Numbered from the stretch's first letter, positions 19,785 to 30,661 are shown. The stretch: 64,000 nt of DNA from an uncultured Candidatus Rokubacteria bacterium (GCA_963754315.1 CAVWFS010000010.1:32001-96000); one strand, 5' to 3'. Translations and numbers: made by a program. Notes: a model not told the origin generated them from the letters alone.

Positions 19785-20267
19785 ATGGACGGATCGCCGG
19801 ACAAGCTCGCGGCGCTGGTGGACGTCGTGCGAGCCCTGGACCGCCTGGATGCCCAGCATGCCCTGGTCGGGGGTGTGGCCGTGGGCATACGATCGGGCGT
19901 GCCCCGGGCGACGCTCGACACCGACATCGCGGTCGACTCTACTGTCTCCCCAGAATCAGTCCGCGACACCCTCACCGGCGCCGGGTTCTCACTGACCGGA
20001 TCTTTCACGCACAGCATGGATTTCCGACACCACTCGGGTGAACCCGTCCAGATCGTCTTCGATCCCGCGTTCGATCCGATGATCGAGCGCGCTGAGCCGC
20101 TGGAGGTAACCGGGGTGCGGGTGCGCGTGGTGACGACGGCCGACCTCATCGCCATGAAGGAGCGCGCGGCCGCTGATCCGGCCCAGCGCCCCAGCAAAGC
20201 CCTGCGCGACAAGGCCGACATCGCGCTTCTGCGGGGAGACGTCCCCGATCCCGACGAAGGCTGGTAG
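19785..20267 (+). CDS. Small nucleotidyltransferase-fold protein (AbiEii/Pol-beta-like)
   Basis: ALVGGVAV..PRATLDTDIAV and DLIAMK..R..KALRDKADI. Confidence 0.7.
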   Translation: MDGSPDKLAALVDVVRALDRLDAQHALVGGVAVGIRSGVPRATLDTDIAVDSTVSPESVRDTLTGAGFSLTGSFTHSMDFRHHSGEPVQIVFDPAFDPMIERAEPLEVTGVRVRVVTTADLIAMKERAAADPAQRPSKALRDKADIALLRGDVPDPDEGW

Positions 20268-20291
20268 CCCCCCCGGAGATCGGACGACGCT

Positions 20292-20958
20292 ATGAAGGCG
20301 ACAGGGTGCCGACTCTACGTCATCACGCCGGAGCGATTCGATCTCCACGTCTTCCCTTCTTTGCTGGCGCAGGCGCTCGACGCGGGTGAAATCGCGGCCG
20401 TTCAGCTCCGACTGAAGAACGTCGATGATGACACCTGGAAGCGTGCGATCGAGACACTCCGCCCGATATGCCAGACGCGAGACGTGACGTTCCTGCTCAA
20501 CGACCGTGCCGACCTCGTGGAGGCCACAGGATCCGACGGCGCCCACGTCGGGCAGGAGGACATGCCGGCGCCGGACGCGCGACGGCTCATGGGGCCCCGG
20601 TCGCACGCTCGGCGTCACGTGCAAGTCCTCCCGTGACCTCGCCGACCGCGCCATTGCGGAGGGCGCCGACTACGTGGCCTTCGGTGCCTTCTTTCCGTCC
20701 ACGTCCAAACAGGTGACGAACGTCGCCGATGCCGAGATCCTGCGCTGGTGGGCGCAGCATCGGAAGGTGCCCTCATGTGCCATCGGCGGCATCACCGCCG
20801 CCAATCTCGGCCCCCTGGTGCGAGCGGGGGCGAATCTGCTCGCCATCATCGGCGGTGTGTGGAACCACCCCGAGGGTCCGGCGGCCGGCGTACGGGCCAT
20901 CAATGCGGCCATCAAGGCCGCCATGGATGACGGGAAGACTGGAGGAAGCGGCGCATGA
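20292..20958 (+). CDS. thiE: Thiamine-phosphate synthase (frameshift near 20597)
   Basis: RLYVITP, VQLRLK, LLNDRADL..DGAHVGQED, then in a second frame LGVTC..GADYVAFGAFFPSTSK..AIGGIT. Confidence 0.9.
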
Positions 20959-21710
20959 CGAGCCCCACGACTGCCTGCGCGTGCCACCACAATCTCGGTA
21001 TCGAGTCCACCGCTGTTGGCGATGACGTCATCGAGAAGCTGAAAGGGGTGAGCATACCGACGATCAGCCAGATCCTTCGGCGGCTCGGCTATCACAACAC
21101 CTTCCTGCGAGGTCTGGTCCCCAGAACGCACGCTCAGGGTCTCGTCGGCCGTGCCCTCACCGGACGAGCCCTGCCCACCCGGGAGGATGTGGCCAAGACG
21201 CAGTCCGGCCCCGCCTCCCTGCACCGTCGCGCCTTCGAAACCATCAGCGCTGGAGATGTTCTCGTCATCGACGCGCGTGGGGATACCGGCGCGCGGGTGA
21301 CCGGTGACATCCTGGCCACCCGCCTGAAGTACCGCGGTGCCGCCGGGCTGGTCACCGACGGGGCGATCGGCGACCTGGCGGCGATGCAAGAGGTCGGCTT
21401 GGCCGTCTATTCGAAAGGACTGACCCCGGTGAGTTTCGGCGAGCTACACGTCATGGCCGACCTGAACGTCCCCATCTCCTGCGCCGGCGTGCTCGTCATG
21501 CCTGGCGACGTGTTGGTCGCCGATTCAGAAGGAGTGGTGGCCATTCCCCAGGCGGTGGCCGCCGAGGTGGCCGAGGCTGGCCTCGAGGCGGAGCGCCGCG
21601 ATGCCTTTTCACGCAGCAAGGTCGGAGCCGGCCACGCGCTCGCCGAAGCCTATCCGTTGAGCGAGTCGCTGCGAGCCGAATACGAGGCGGCCAAGGCGCG
21701 GAAGCGCTAG
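20955..21710 (+). CDS. RraA/HMG-aldolase family protein
   Basis: LVGRALT, GDVLVIDARG..GDILA, VTDGAIGD and VMPGDVLVADSEGVVAIP. ATGA overlap with thiE. Confidence 0.88.
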   Translation: MTSPTTACACHHNLGIESTAVGDDVIEKLKGVSIPTISQILRRLGYHNTFLRGLVPRTHAQGLVGRALTGRALPTREDVAKTQSGPASLHRRAFETISAGDVLVIDARGDTGARVTGDILATRLKYRGAAGLVTDGAIGDLAAMQEVGLAVYSKGLTPVSFGELHVMADLNVPISCAGVLVMPGDVLVADSEGVVAIPQAVAAEVAEAGLEAERRDAFSRSKVGAGHALAEAYPLSESLRAEYEAAKARKR

Positions 21711-22048
21711 CCGCTCGGGGTCGCCTTGTGCTCCTGCAGACACTGGAGCACCTGACCGCCATGGCTCCAGGCAGCACCAGCGGCCATCGCCATCGCCACG
21801 AATATGGTCTCGGCGATCTCAGTGTCGGAGGCACCCGCGCGGGCCGCCTTCTTCGTGTGGGCCTCGATGCACCACGGGCACTGGGTGATCTGGGCGATTG
21901 CCACCGCCATCAACTCCTTCATCTTGGCGGGAATGGCGCCGTCCTTGAACGCTTTCTGATCGAAGTCGAGAAAGGCGCGATAGGCCTCGGGGACCAGCTC
22001 GCGCATCTTCCTGAACTGGGTGCCCGTGTCGACGTTGTGGAACGGCAT
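21707..22048 (-). CDS. Carboxymuconolactone decarboxylase/AhpD family protein
   Basis: GAIPAKMKELMAVAIA..QCPWCIEAH, with an AAGGAGG RBS. Confidence 0.9.
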   Translation of the reverse strand: MPFHNVDTGTQFRKMRELVPEAYRAFLDFDQKAFKDGAIPAKMKELMAVAIAQITQCPWCIEAHTKKAARAGASDTEIAETIFVAMAMAAGAAWSHGGQVLQCLQEHKATPSG

Positions 22049-22079
22049 GTCAGCCTCCTTTGCCCAGCCCGCGGTAACG

Positions 22080-23747
22080 CTACCGGTGCCCTTCGACCAC
22101 CACGTCGAGCAGATAGGGGTGGCCTGATTCGAGCGCGCGTGAAAACGCCGGACCAAGGTCGCCCGGCCGCGTGACGCGGGCGGCGGCCACTCCCAAGCCC
22201 TGGGCGATGTCAAGGAACGAGAGCTCGGGTTGCGTGAGGTCCATGTGAGAGTACGGGCGGCCCTCGCCCTTGACCCCGAAGCGCTGTCGGTAAGCGTCCA
22301 TGTTGTGCTTCAGGATGCGGTACTCGCGGTTGTTGAGGATGACGAAGACCACGGCCAGGTCGTGGTGAGCCGCCGTCCACAGGGCTTGCACGCTGTACAT
22401 GGCGGAACCATCCCCGGAAAGCGCGATGACGGGCCGGCGCGGATGTGCGAGCTTCACGCCGAGGGCTCCCGGCAGCGCCTGTCCAATGCCGCCGCCGCGA
22501 GCGCCGAAGTAGTCGCTCGGACGTTCGAAGGCCAGGACCCGCGCCAGCTCGATACTGGCGGTGATCGACTCGTCGACCACGATGGCGTCCGCTGGCAGGA
22601 CTCGCTCGACCTCGGCCATCAGCCGTGGGATGGACATGGGCTCGTCATCCCATCGCTTGGCCGCGCGCGCACGAAGGGCGGCTCCTTCGCGCGCCTTCTG
22701 TGCCTCGAGAGCGGAGCGCCTGTCGGCAGCCGCCTCACGGAACGCGGCCCCTGCCTTGTCCGCGAGAGCGGCGCGCAGCGCGCGCAGCCCGGCCGCGGGC
22801 GTGGCGAGGAGACCGACTCTGACAGGAAAGTTCGGAGCTAGACGTTCGGCCGAGCTCTCGATCTGGATTACAGCGGTGTCGGGTTCGAAGGGCAAGCCGG
22901 GCGCGAACCATACCTCCTCGAAGAATGGGCCTCCTAGCAGGAGAACGGTGTCCGCCCCGTCGAGCGCCTTTCGGATGGCGGCAGTATCGAAGGGAAGCGG
23001 CCCGCGGTAGGCCGGGTGTGTCGATGGGAAGACGGAGTGCTGGCGCAGACCCTCGACCCACACGGGAGCCCCGAGCAAATCGGCCAGCGCGACCAGCTCG
23101 GCCGGCCCGTCGCCTCGCGCGACATCATCCCCGGCGACGATGGCTGGCCGCCGGCTGCCGAGGAGCAGCGCGGCAGCGGCGGCCACGCCTGCAGGGTCAG
23201 GATCATGATCCAAGTAGAGTGCGGCGGGCGGTAGCGCGAGCTGCTCGGTCTCCTGCTCGAGCACGTCGATGGGCAGCGCGACGAAAACGGGTCCGCTCGG
23301 CGGGTCGTGGGCGATCTTGAAGGCGCGGCGGAGGATGTGAGCCAGCTCGTCGGCGCGCTCCACCTGGACGCTCCACTTCGTGAGCGGTGCCGCCATGGCG
23401 ACAAGGTCGTGTCCGAGGAGCGGCGCGCGCAGGCGCAGCCGTGTGTCCTGCTGTCCGGCGGTGACGACGAGCGGGGAGCCCGCCTTGAGGGCGTCGTAGA
23501 GCATGCCGAGCGCGTTGCCGAGCCCCGGCGCGACGTGGACGTTCACCACGCCCGTGCGCCCGGTGGCCTGGGCGTAATAGCTGGCCGCCCCGACGGCCAC
23601 GCCCTCGTGCAAGGTCAGGATGTAGCGGATCTGCGGATAGGCCTCGAGGCTGTCGATGATCGGGCTCTCGGTGGTGCCGGGATTACCGAACAAGAGCTCC
23701 ACCCCGTGTCCGACCAGGGTCTCCATCAGGACCTGTCTGCCGTGCAT
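22080..23747 (-). CDS. TPP-dependent enzyme, benzoylformate decarboxylase-like
   Basis: FGNPGTTE, LHEGVAVG, HVAPGLGN and GDGSAMY..NN TPP motif. Confidence 0.9.
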   Translation of the reverse strand: MHGRQVLMETLVGHGVELLFGNPGTTESPIIDSLEAYPQIRYILTLHEGVAVGAASYYAQATGRTGVVNVHVAPGLGNALGMLYDALKAGSPLVVTAGQQDTRLRLRAPLLGHDLVAMAAPLTKWSVQVERADELAHILRRAFKIAHDPPSGPVFVALPIDVLEQETEQLALPPAALYLDHDPDPAGVAAAAALLLGSRRPAIVAGDDVARGDGPAELVALADLLGAPVWVEGLRQHSVFPSTHPAYRGPLPFDTAAIRKALDGADTVLLLGGPFFEEVWFAPGLPFEPDTAVIQIESSAERLAPNFPVRVGLLATPAAGLRALRAALADKAGAAFREAAADRRSALEAQKAREGAALRARAAKRWDDEPMSIPRLMAEVERVLPADAIVVDESITASIELARVLAFERPSDYFGARGGGIGQALPGALGVKLAHPRRPVIALSGDGSAMYSVQALWTAAHHDLAVVFVILNNREYRILKHNMDAYRQRFGVKGEGRPYSHMDLTQPELSFLDIAQGLGVAAARVTRPGDLGPAFSRALESGHPYLLDVVVEGHR

Positions 23748-23907
23748 GCTGGACTCCTTGTCGTGGAATCTACCATGCCCGAGTCGGCGTCCCGGTCGCG
23801 ATCGAGCGCCGCAGTCGGCGCGCCCGTTTTCGCGGAAGGAGCGGCGCACGAACGGCACCGCGCCCAACGCAGGGCCCGCAGTATCCTATGGTTCCCTGGA
23901 GGGTGCC

Positions 23908-26397
23908 ATGGTCGTCGTGATCCGGCTCGCCGTGCTTGCTCTCGTCCTCTCCGTCGGCGCCGTGGCGGAAGGCGCCATCGACTGTCGCGGAACCACGCCG
24001 TTGCCCGACGATCTCACGCTCGTGGCGCCGGCCGCCGACGTTCCCGAGAACCTGGCGCGGTTCGCCGGCGCCTGGACAGGGGCCTGGCGCGACGCGAAGG
24101 GCAACGAGGCGTTGTGCACCACCCTCGTCGTGGAGGAGGTTCTCGCCAACGGCTACGCGCGCGTGGTGTACAGCGTCGGCGTGTCGGAGGCGTTGGGGGT
24201 CAGGATTCCGGGCTACTGGCGCGCTGGGGGACGGATCGCCGAGGGCGTGCTGCGTTTCCGGTTGCCGACGATCGACCGCGGGGCGCTCGCCTACCGCTTC
24301 GACGGCGCCGATCTCACAGGCACCTATAGCGACGAGGGCGCAGTGAGGCTCGGCCGGATCGCCGACGTAGCGACGATGCGATGCGGTCGGCCGTCGCGGG
24401 CAGCTCCCGGCCCGCCCGCGGCCGGCCTGCGTGATCAGATCACCGCCGGCGAGTTGCTCGCCCCTACGCTCTCGAGCGGGGGCCCCGTCCACAACGACTA
24501 CTTCATGCCTATCGGCGCCCCCGCGCCGGCCAAGCACACGCTGCGCGGGACGTTGACGGTCCCCGCGTCCTCGGTTGCCGCCGCGCGCGACGGGTGCGCT
24601 GCGATCCCATGGGCAACTCCCGCTGGCTCGATAGCCTTTTTCACCCATGGCGAGTATCTGGTGCCGGTGGTGCGCGACTTCGTCCCGCCAGGGGGGGCAT
24701 TGCTCGTCTCCCCCGGCCGCGTGTGGTCCGAGCCGGGCGACGGCGGGATGTCGCGCGCATCGTTCCCATTTGCCCTGGTCAACCAGATCAACAACGCCAC
24801 CCACAATGGGATCGCGACCTTCCTCTTCGACGACACCCGCGTCTCCGCGCTGCGCCTTCAGGTCATCCAGGAGACGGCGGCATGGGCGAAAGTCGATCTG
24901 TGGGGCCAAATCCCCATGACGTACGCGCCGGGGCCCCTCGCCGACGAAACTGCCCTGCGCGCACAGTTCGCCGACGAGCTCCGGCTTCAGACGCCGATCC
25001 GCCCGTGGTCAGCCCTTCCCGCGTCCCCGGCGCTGGCCGCCTTCGACGGCGACGCCGTGGCGGCCGACATCAGCGCCAACGGTCTCGTCGTGGAGGGCGT
25101 GCTCTACCTCCGCGGCTGTCACACGCGGTACGGCCCCTTTCCCTACTGCCGCGAGATGCGGCATGGCGTCTTCTCGGTCACCAAATCGGCAGCGGGCGCG
25201 GTTGCGCTGCTCCGGCTGGCCCAGAAGTACGGCGATGGCGTGCTGGCCGAAAGGCTCGTCGACTATCTGCCGGCCGGTCTGGCCCACGCCGGCTGGGACC
25301 GTGTCACCTTCGCGGATGCCCTGGACATGGCGACGGGTATCGGGGACGAGGGCCGCGAGCGTGATGGCGGCGTCGCTCCCGACGAGAATCGCCCGAGAAT
25401 GATCCGCTGGATACGCCTCAAGACGGCTCGCGAGAAGCTCGAGGCCGCGCTCGCCTACGGTACCTATCCGTGGGGTCCGGGTCAGGTGCTCCGCTACAAC
25501 AGCACGCAGACGTTCGTGCTGGCCGTCGCCCTCGACACCTACCTCAAAGGTCGCGAGGGCCCGAACGCGCATCTGTGGGACATGGTGCGCACCGAGGTGT
25601 ACCGGCCGATCGGCATCGTCCATGCGCCGGCCATGCACACGATCGAGCCGGACGGGAGTCGCGGGGTACCGCTCCTCGCCTACGGGCTCTATCTCACCGT
25701 CGACGACGTGGCCAAGATCACAACCCTGCTCCAGAACGGCGGCCGCCACGGGGGCACGCAGCTTCTGAGCGCGACCAAGCTGGCGGAGGTGCTGTACCGG
25801 AGCGGCGCCACGGTGGGGCTCCCGAACCCAGGATTGCGGAACCGCTTCGGCGAGGGCCGCTATCACCTCTCGTTCTGGTCGGTGCCGTATCGGACGAGCT
25901 CCGGGTGCTTCTTCCAGATCCCCTACATGGCGGGGCTCGGCGGCAACCTGGTGGCGCTGCTGCCGAACGGTGTGTCGGTCTTCCGATTTGCCGACGGGAT
26001 GAACTACGACCTTGACGCGATGATCCTGGCCGGCGAGTCGATCCGGCCGTTCTGCCCTCCGCCGGCGACGGCCGGGGCCCCTGATTCAGCGCGGATCCCT
26101 CTCACCGCGAGCGAGCTGGCCACCGAGATCCCCGGACATACGTTCGCCTTTGGGGCGCAGCGCCTGTTCTTCGCTTCCGACGGCCGGCTCTACGGCGCCG
26201 TGCTCAGGGACGACGCGGACCTCGGTCGTTGGACGATCAGGGCGGACGCGCGCGTCTGCCGTGCCTGGACGAAGTGGGACAGCGCGCTCCCCCGGTGCTT
26301 CGCGATCTACCGCGACGGCGAGGCCTACGTCTTCGAAATACCCGAGCGGTTCAATCGCGTGGTGGGACGGCGGACGCCGGGCGGCCTCGAACCGTGA
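23908..26397 (+). CDS. Secreted multi-domain serine hydrolase (beta-lactamase/PBP-like fold)
   Basis: Signal peptide, FSVTKS (SxxK), LRYNS, DVAKI..LLQNGG and MAGLGGN, with extra N- and C-terminal domains. Confidence 0.75.
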   Translation: MVVVIRLAVLALVLSVGAVAEGAIDCRGTTPLPDDLTLVAPAADVPENLARFAGAWTGAWRDAKGNEALCTTLVVEEVLANGYARVVYSVGVSEALGVRIPGYWRAGGRIAEGVLRFRLPTIDRGALAYRFDGADLTGTYSDEGAVRLGRIADVATMRCGRPSRAAPGPPAAGLRDQITAGELLAPTLSSGGPVHNDYFMPIGAPAPAKHTLRGTLTVPASSVAAARDGCAAIPWATPAGSIAFFTHGEYLVPVVRDFVPPGGALLVSPGRVWSEPGDGGMSRASFPFALVNQINNATHNGIATFLFDDTRVSALRLQVIQETAAWAKVDLWGQIPMTYAPGPLADETALRAQFADELRLQTPIRPWSALPASPALAAFDGDAVAADISANGLVVEGVLYLRGCHTRYGPFPYCREMRHGVFSVTKSAAGAVALLRLAQKYGDGVLAERLVDYLPAGLAHAGWDRVTFADALDMATGIGDEGRERDGGVAPDENRPRMIRWIRLKTAREKLEAALAYGTYPWGPGQVLRYNSTQTFVLAVALDTYLKGREGPNAHLWDMVRTEVYRPIGIVHAPAMHTIEPDGSRGVPLLAYGLYLTVDDVAKITTLLQNGGRHGGTQLLSATKLAEVLYRSGATVGLPNPGLRNRFGEGRYHLSFWSVPYRTSSGCFFQIPYMAGLGGNLVALLPNGVSVFRFADGMNYDLDAMILAGESIRPFCPPPATAGAPDSARIPLTASELATEIPGHTFAFGAQRLFFASDGRLYGAVLRDDADLGRWTIRADARVCRAWTKWDSALPRCFAIYRDGEAYVFEIPERFNRVVGRRTPGGLEP

Positions 26398-26423
26398 TGC
26401 ATTCGAGGTCCGGCCTCGATGCG

Positions 26424-27329
26424 TCAATCGCGTAGGTGGGGCACGACTCGTTGGGCGATGTCCGCCATGAGGGTGGTGATGCTGGTGATGTCTCCCGAGT
26501 TGAGCGCAAGCACGATGTGGTCCACGCCCACGCGCTGGTAGGCCCGAATACCCGCGATCATCTGATCGGCATTGTCTCCCGGCAGTCGCGCGCGAGCCGC
26601 CGCGCGCTGGCTGGAGGCCTTGCCGCCCACTTCCACTTCCACCCGCATGGACATGATCAGCGCATCCGGGTTCCGTCCCGCCTCCGCGGCCAGCTTTCGC
26701 ACTTCCTCGCGTCCCGTTCGAAATTCCTCCGGCGATAACCCGGTGGGATGCCAACCATTGCCGATGGTGGCCGCTCGCCTGAGGGCTCCTGGACTCGAAC
26801 CGCCGACCCAGAGCGGGATGGTCGGCTGCTGCGCTGGCTTCGGAGCGAACTTGAAGCCGGCCAGATTCCATCGCGGGCTCTTGTAGTGGGGATCGGGATT
26901 GGTCCAGAGCTCCTTCATGATCTCCATGGACTCGTTCGTGAGCGCCCCGCGCTGACCGAAGGGAACACCAAGCGCGTCGAACTCCTCCCGCATGGCGCCT
27001 GCCCCGACGCCCAGGATCAGCCGCCCACCGGAGATCTGATCCAACGTCGCGGCGTACTTGGCCAGCTCCACGGGGTTGTGATACGGCAATACCATGACCG
27101 AGGTCCCGAGCCTCACTCGACGGGTGGTGGCCGCCAGATAAGACAAGGTGGCCAGCGGATGGTAGTACGGCTTGTCGTCGAGCCTCTCCCGGATGTAGCC
27201 GCTGTTCAGCAGATGATCCATGACCCAGATGGAGTCGTAGCCCAGCGCTTCGGCCAGTGGCCCCATGGCCAATACTGAGAGCGGCTCCGCGATACCCCAG
27301 TTATTCGGAATGGTCACGCCTATGTGCAT
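26424..27329 (-). CDS. LLM-class (probable F420-dependent) oxidoreductase
   Basis: AEALGYDSIWVMDH, LGTSVMVLPYHNP, LDQISGGRLILGVGAG and PLWVGGSS. Confidence 0.9.
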   Translation of the reverse strand: MHIGVTIPNNWGIAEPLSVLAMGPLAEALGYDSIWVMDHLLNSGYIRERLDDKPYYHPLATLSYLAATTRRVRLGTSVMVLPYHNPVELAKYAATLDQISGGRLILGVGAGAMREEFDALGVPFGQRGALTNESMEIMKELWTNPDPHYKSPRWNLAGFKFAPKPAQQPTIPLWVGGSSPGALRRAATIGNGWHPTGLSPEEFRTGREEVRKLAAEAGRNPDALIMSMRVEVEVGGKASSQRAAARARLPGDNADQMIAGIRAYQRVGVDHIVLALNSGDITSITTLMADIAQRVVPHLRD

Positions 27330-27478
27330 GAGCGTTGTCCCATTTCTCCTCGCAGGCTTGGTCTCGTCGAGAGCATACCGCCGATTGAACGTTCGGCTTA
27401 CAAGGGCTCGACGCCTTGGTGTAGCGACGCTCGAAGCGCAGTTGTGCAGAGGCCTCAAACCAGGCTCATAGCGGCAGA

Positions 27479-27786
27479 CTACGGCGGATGTCGAGTCCTC
27501 GACCGATCCTGCAGGTCTTGCTCCACCGAGAGTGCGGCAATGCGTCGCTTGATCAGCGCCTTTGGGATGGTGGCAATGTCGTCGAGGTATGACCACACCA
27601 GCGGGAGGGCAAGCCATCGTTCTGATCGAGCGAGACTTCGACCGGGATATTTCTGATGGTTCGGGTGACGGGCGCAACCGTGACCGCCAGCCTCACCTGA
27701 TACGCGGAATCGCGGCTCAGAAGCACCACCGGCCGTTGTCCGATGGGCGGAGGAAGCTGACCCCACCACACCTCGCCACGCCTCAT
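27479..27786 (-). pseudogene. PemK/MazF-family toxin, disrupted by several indels
   Basis: MRRGEVWW..RPVVLLSRD..VTVAPVTRTIRNIPVEV..DGLP, then LDDIATIPKALIKRRIAALS in another frame. The 3' end is garbled. Confidence 0.8.
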
Positions 27787-28050
27787 CTACCACTTTTCCC
27801 GCGGCAGCACCCTGGAAAGAAGCCGGGTGGTGGTCTTGACCCAGGCCGTGTCCTCCGGTTTTCGGCGATAGCCATCGACGTACCGACGATCGAGTCGACC
27901 TTCGTCTAGGGCCTTGAGCCTCAACCGGCATGCATCCCGGATGAACGCGGCGCGGCTCTCGGCCACTCGGCCCACAGTCGCATCAATACGCATGAGAAGT
28001 TCGTCCTCGATCGGCACCTGAATGATTTTCTTGGTCGCGCGCTGGGCCAT
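27787..28050 (-). CDS. Ribbon-helix-helix antitoxin
   Basis: IIQVPIEDELLMRID..SRAAFIRDAC. Its stop abuts the toxin ATG. Confidence 0.8.
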   Translation of the reverse strand: MAQRATKKIIQVPIEDELLMRIDATVGRVAESRAAFIRDACRLRLKALDEGRLDRRYVDGYRRKPEDTAWVKTTTRLLSRVLPREKW

Positions 28051-28069
28051 CCCCTGGCTCCACACCGTT

Positions 28070-28106
28070 ATGTGGATTCGATACCACATGAGAATAGCGA
28101 TGTCAA
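28070..28106 (-). promoter_or_regulatory. TA promoter (-35 TTGACA) with ATGTGG-N8-CCACAT operator
   Basis: tgtcaa at 28101-28106 and an inverted repeat at 28070-28089 overlapping the -10 region. Confidence 0.55.
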
Positions 28107-28200
28107 AAGGAGGAAAGATCGAACGGGCATGGCCTCGCGAAGCCAGGGCCAATCTGGCCCCTCTGCTTCCATTGACATGCTCGGAGCCTTCCGATAGCCT

Positions 28201-28391
28201 CACCGCCGCCGGTTCTTCGCGGTGCGATGGCGACGGTGGCGACCACCGCCATCGCTGACCCCCCAACGTCATTGCGCAGCCGAAGGTCGGCGACTCTCAT
28301 TCTGGGGGCCGCGCTCGAGCGGGAAGTGATCGAGCAAGGCCCGTGGGACCACGTCGCGGAAGGAGCCCATCATCAGTTCGTCGCGGTGTGA
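28201..28391 (+). pseudogene. Collapsed relic of a third TRAP solute-binding gene
   Basis: Three ordered patches match the intact paralogs: RRRF..ATTAIAD..NVIAQPKV, ALEREVIE and PWDHVAEGAHHQFVAV*. Confidence 0.75.
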
Positions 28392-28404
28392 GGAGGCCAG
28401 CCCG

Positions 28405-29521
28405 ATGACCGAACGACGCAGGTTCATGGTGACGGCAGGGGGAGCGATGGCCGCGGCGGCAACCGCCGCCACCCTCGATGCTCCTTACGTCATCGCGCAG
28501 CCCAAGATCCAGTGGCGATTGTCCACGGCGTATCCTCCGGCGCTCGACGTGGTCAACGGCGCGGCCCATACGACTGGCGAAGATCGTGGAGGAGACGAGC
28601 GGTGGGCGGTTCCGGATCGAGGTCTTTCCGGGTGGCCAGATCATGCCACCGTTCGCCTGTTTCGACGCCGCCTCCCAGGGCACCATCGAGGCGTTCATAG
28701 GCACTCCGCAATACTGGAAGGCGCCTTGGAGCGCGGCTGCGGACAAGGAGCCCGCGATCGAGTGGTTCGCCACCATCCCCTTCGGCATGAACCCCGAGGG
28801 TATGGCCGCCTGGTTCCATCAGGGCGACGGGCTCAAGCTCTGGGAGGAGACCTACGCGACGTTCAACCTCGTGCCGCGCCCCGGGCCGGCCTTTGCCCCG
28901 CAGATGGCCGGATGGTTCCGGAAGAAGATCACGACGATCGGCGACGTCAAGGGGCTGAAGATGCGGATTCCGAACCTCGGCGGCAAGGTTTACGCCAAGG
29001 CGGGCGCCACCACGGTTCTGATCCCGGCGGCCGACATCTACGCGGCGCTCGAACGGGGCGTGATCGACGCCGCCGAGTGGGTCGGACCGCATGACGACTT
29101 GAAGCTGGGCCTCCACAATACCGCGCGGTACTACTATTATCCGGGCTGGCACGAGCCCGGCACGACGAACGAGTTCAGCTTCAACAAGAAGGCGTACGAG
29201 GCGCTTCCCGTCGACCTCAGACGCACGCTCGATCACGCCGTCACGGCGGTTCAGCTCTACGGCCTCACGGACTATCACGCGAAAAACGCGACCGCGCTCG
29301 AGCGGCTCCGCACGGAGTTCAAGGGCAAGGTCGAGGTGCTCCCGCTCCCGGTGCCGGTGCTGCGCGATCTGAGGAAGCTGACGGCCGAGGTGATGAAGGA
29401 AGAATCCGAGAAGACCCCGATGGCCAGGAAGGTGCACGCGTCGTTCACGAAGTTCCAGGCGCTGGTAGGTCCCTGGGACCGCGTCGCGGAGGGCGCCTAC
29501 CACCAGTTCGTCGCGGTGTGA
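28405..29521 (+). CDS. TRAP solute-binding protein (DctP/TakP-like), Tat signal, frameshift near 28567
   Basis: MTERRRF leader, IPFGMN, QMAGWFRK, GLKMRIP, ALERGVIDAAEWVGPHDD and YYYPGWHEPG. Confidence 0.9.
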
Positions 29522-29533
29522 GGAGATAGCGAG

Positions 29534-30626
29534 ATGACCGAACGACGGAGATTCATCGCGACGGCGAGCGGGGTCATGGCGGCGGCCGGCGACCGCCATC
29601 GTCGACGCCCCCTACGTGATCGCCCAGCCGAAGGTCCAGTGGCGGATGTCCACGGCCTGGACGCCGGCGCTCGACAGGATGCAGGGCGCGGCCCAGCGGC
29701 TGGGGAAAGTCGTCGAAGAGATGAGCGGTGGGCGGTTTCGCATCGAGGTTGTCCCGGGCGGCCAGATCATTCCGCCGTTCGAGTGTTTCGACGCCGCCTC
29801 CCAGGGAAAGATCGAGGCATTCATGGGATCGCCACAATACTGGACAGACAAGGAGCCCGCGATTGAGTGGTTCGCAACCATCCCGTTCGGCATGAACGTC
29901 GAGGGCATGGCCGCCTGGTATTACCAGGGCGATGGGCTCAGGCTCATGGAGGAGGCGTACGGCCCCTTTAACCTCACGCCGCGTCCGGCCATGGGAAACG
30001 CTCCGCAGATGGCCGGTTGGTTCCGGAAGAAGATCACCACGATCGGGGACTACAAGGGCCTCAAGATGCGGATTGTGAACCTCGGCGGCAAGGTCTACGT
30101 GCGGGCGGGCGCCACCACAGTTCTCACCCCGGGTAGTGAGATCTATGCCGCCCTGGAGCGGGGCGTCATCGACGCCGCCGAATGGATCGGGCCGCACGAC
30201 GACATGCAGATCGGCCTGCACAAGACTGCACGCTACTACTATTACCCGGGCTGGCACGAGCCCGGCACCACGCTGGATTTTGGCTTCAACAGGAAGGCAT
30301 ACGACGCGCTCCCGGTCGATCTCCAGCGGACGCTCGATCACGCGGCGGCGGCGGTCCACCTCTACGCCCTGACGGACTTCCACACGAAGAACGCGATCGC
30401 CCTCGAGCGACTCAGGACGGAATTCAAAGGCAAGGTCGAGGTGCTCCCGCTCCCCGTCTCCGTGCTGCGTGATCTCCGGAAGCTGGCCGCCGAGGTCGTC
30501 CGGGAGGAATCGGAGAAGACTCCCATGGCCAGGAAGGTGCACGCATCCGTCACGAAGTACCAGGCACTGGTGAGTCCCTGGGATCACGTCGCCGAAGGCG
30601 CCTACCACCAGTTCGTCGCTGGGTGA
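29534..30626 (+). CDS. Tandem paralogous TRAP solute-binding protein, frameshift near 29587
   Basis: Same motifs as the upstream copy, with clear DNA-level similarity. Confidence 0.9.
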
Positions 30627-30661
30627 GGAAACGGGCCGAAGTTCCAGTGACGGCGACGGTT

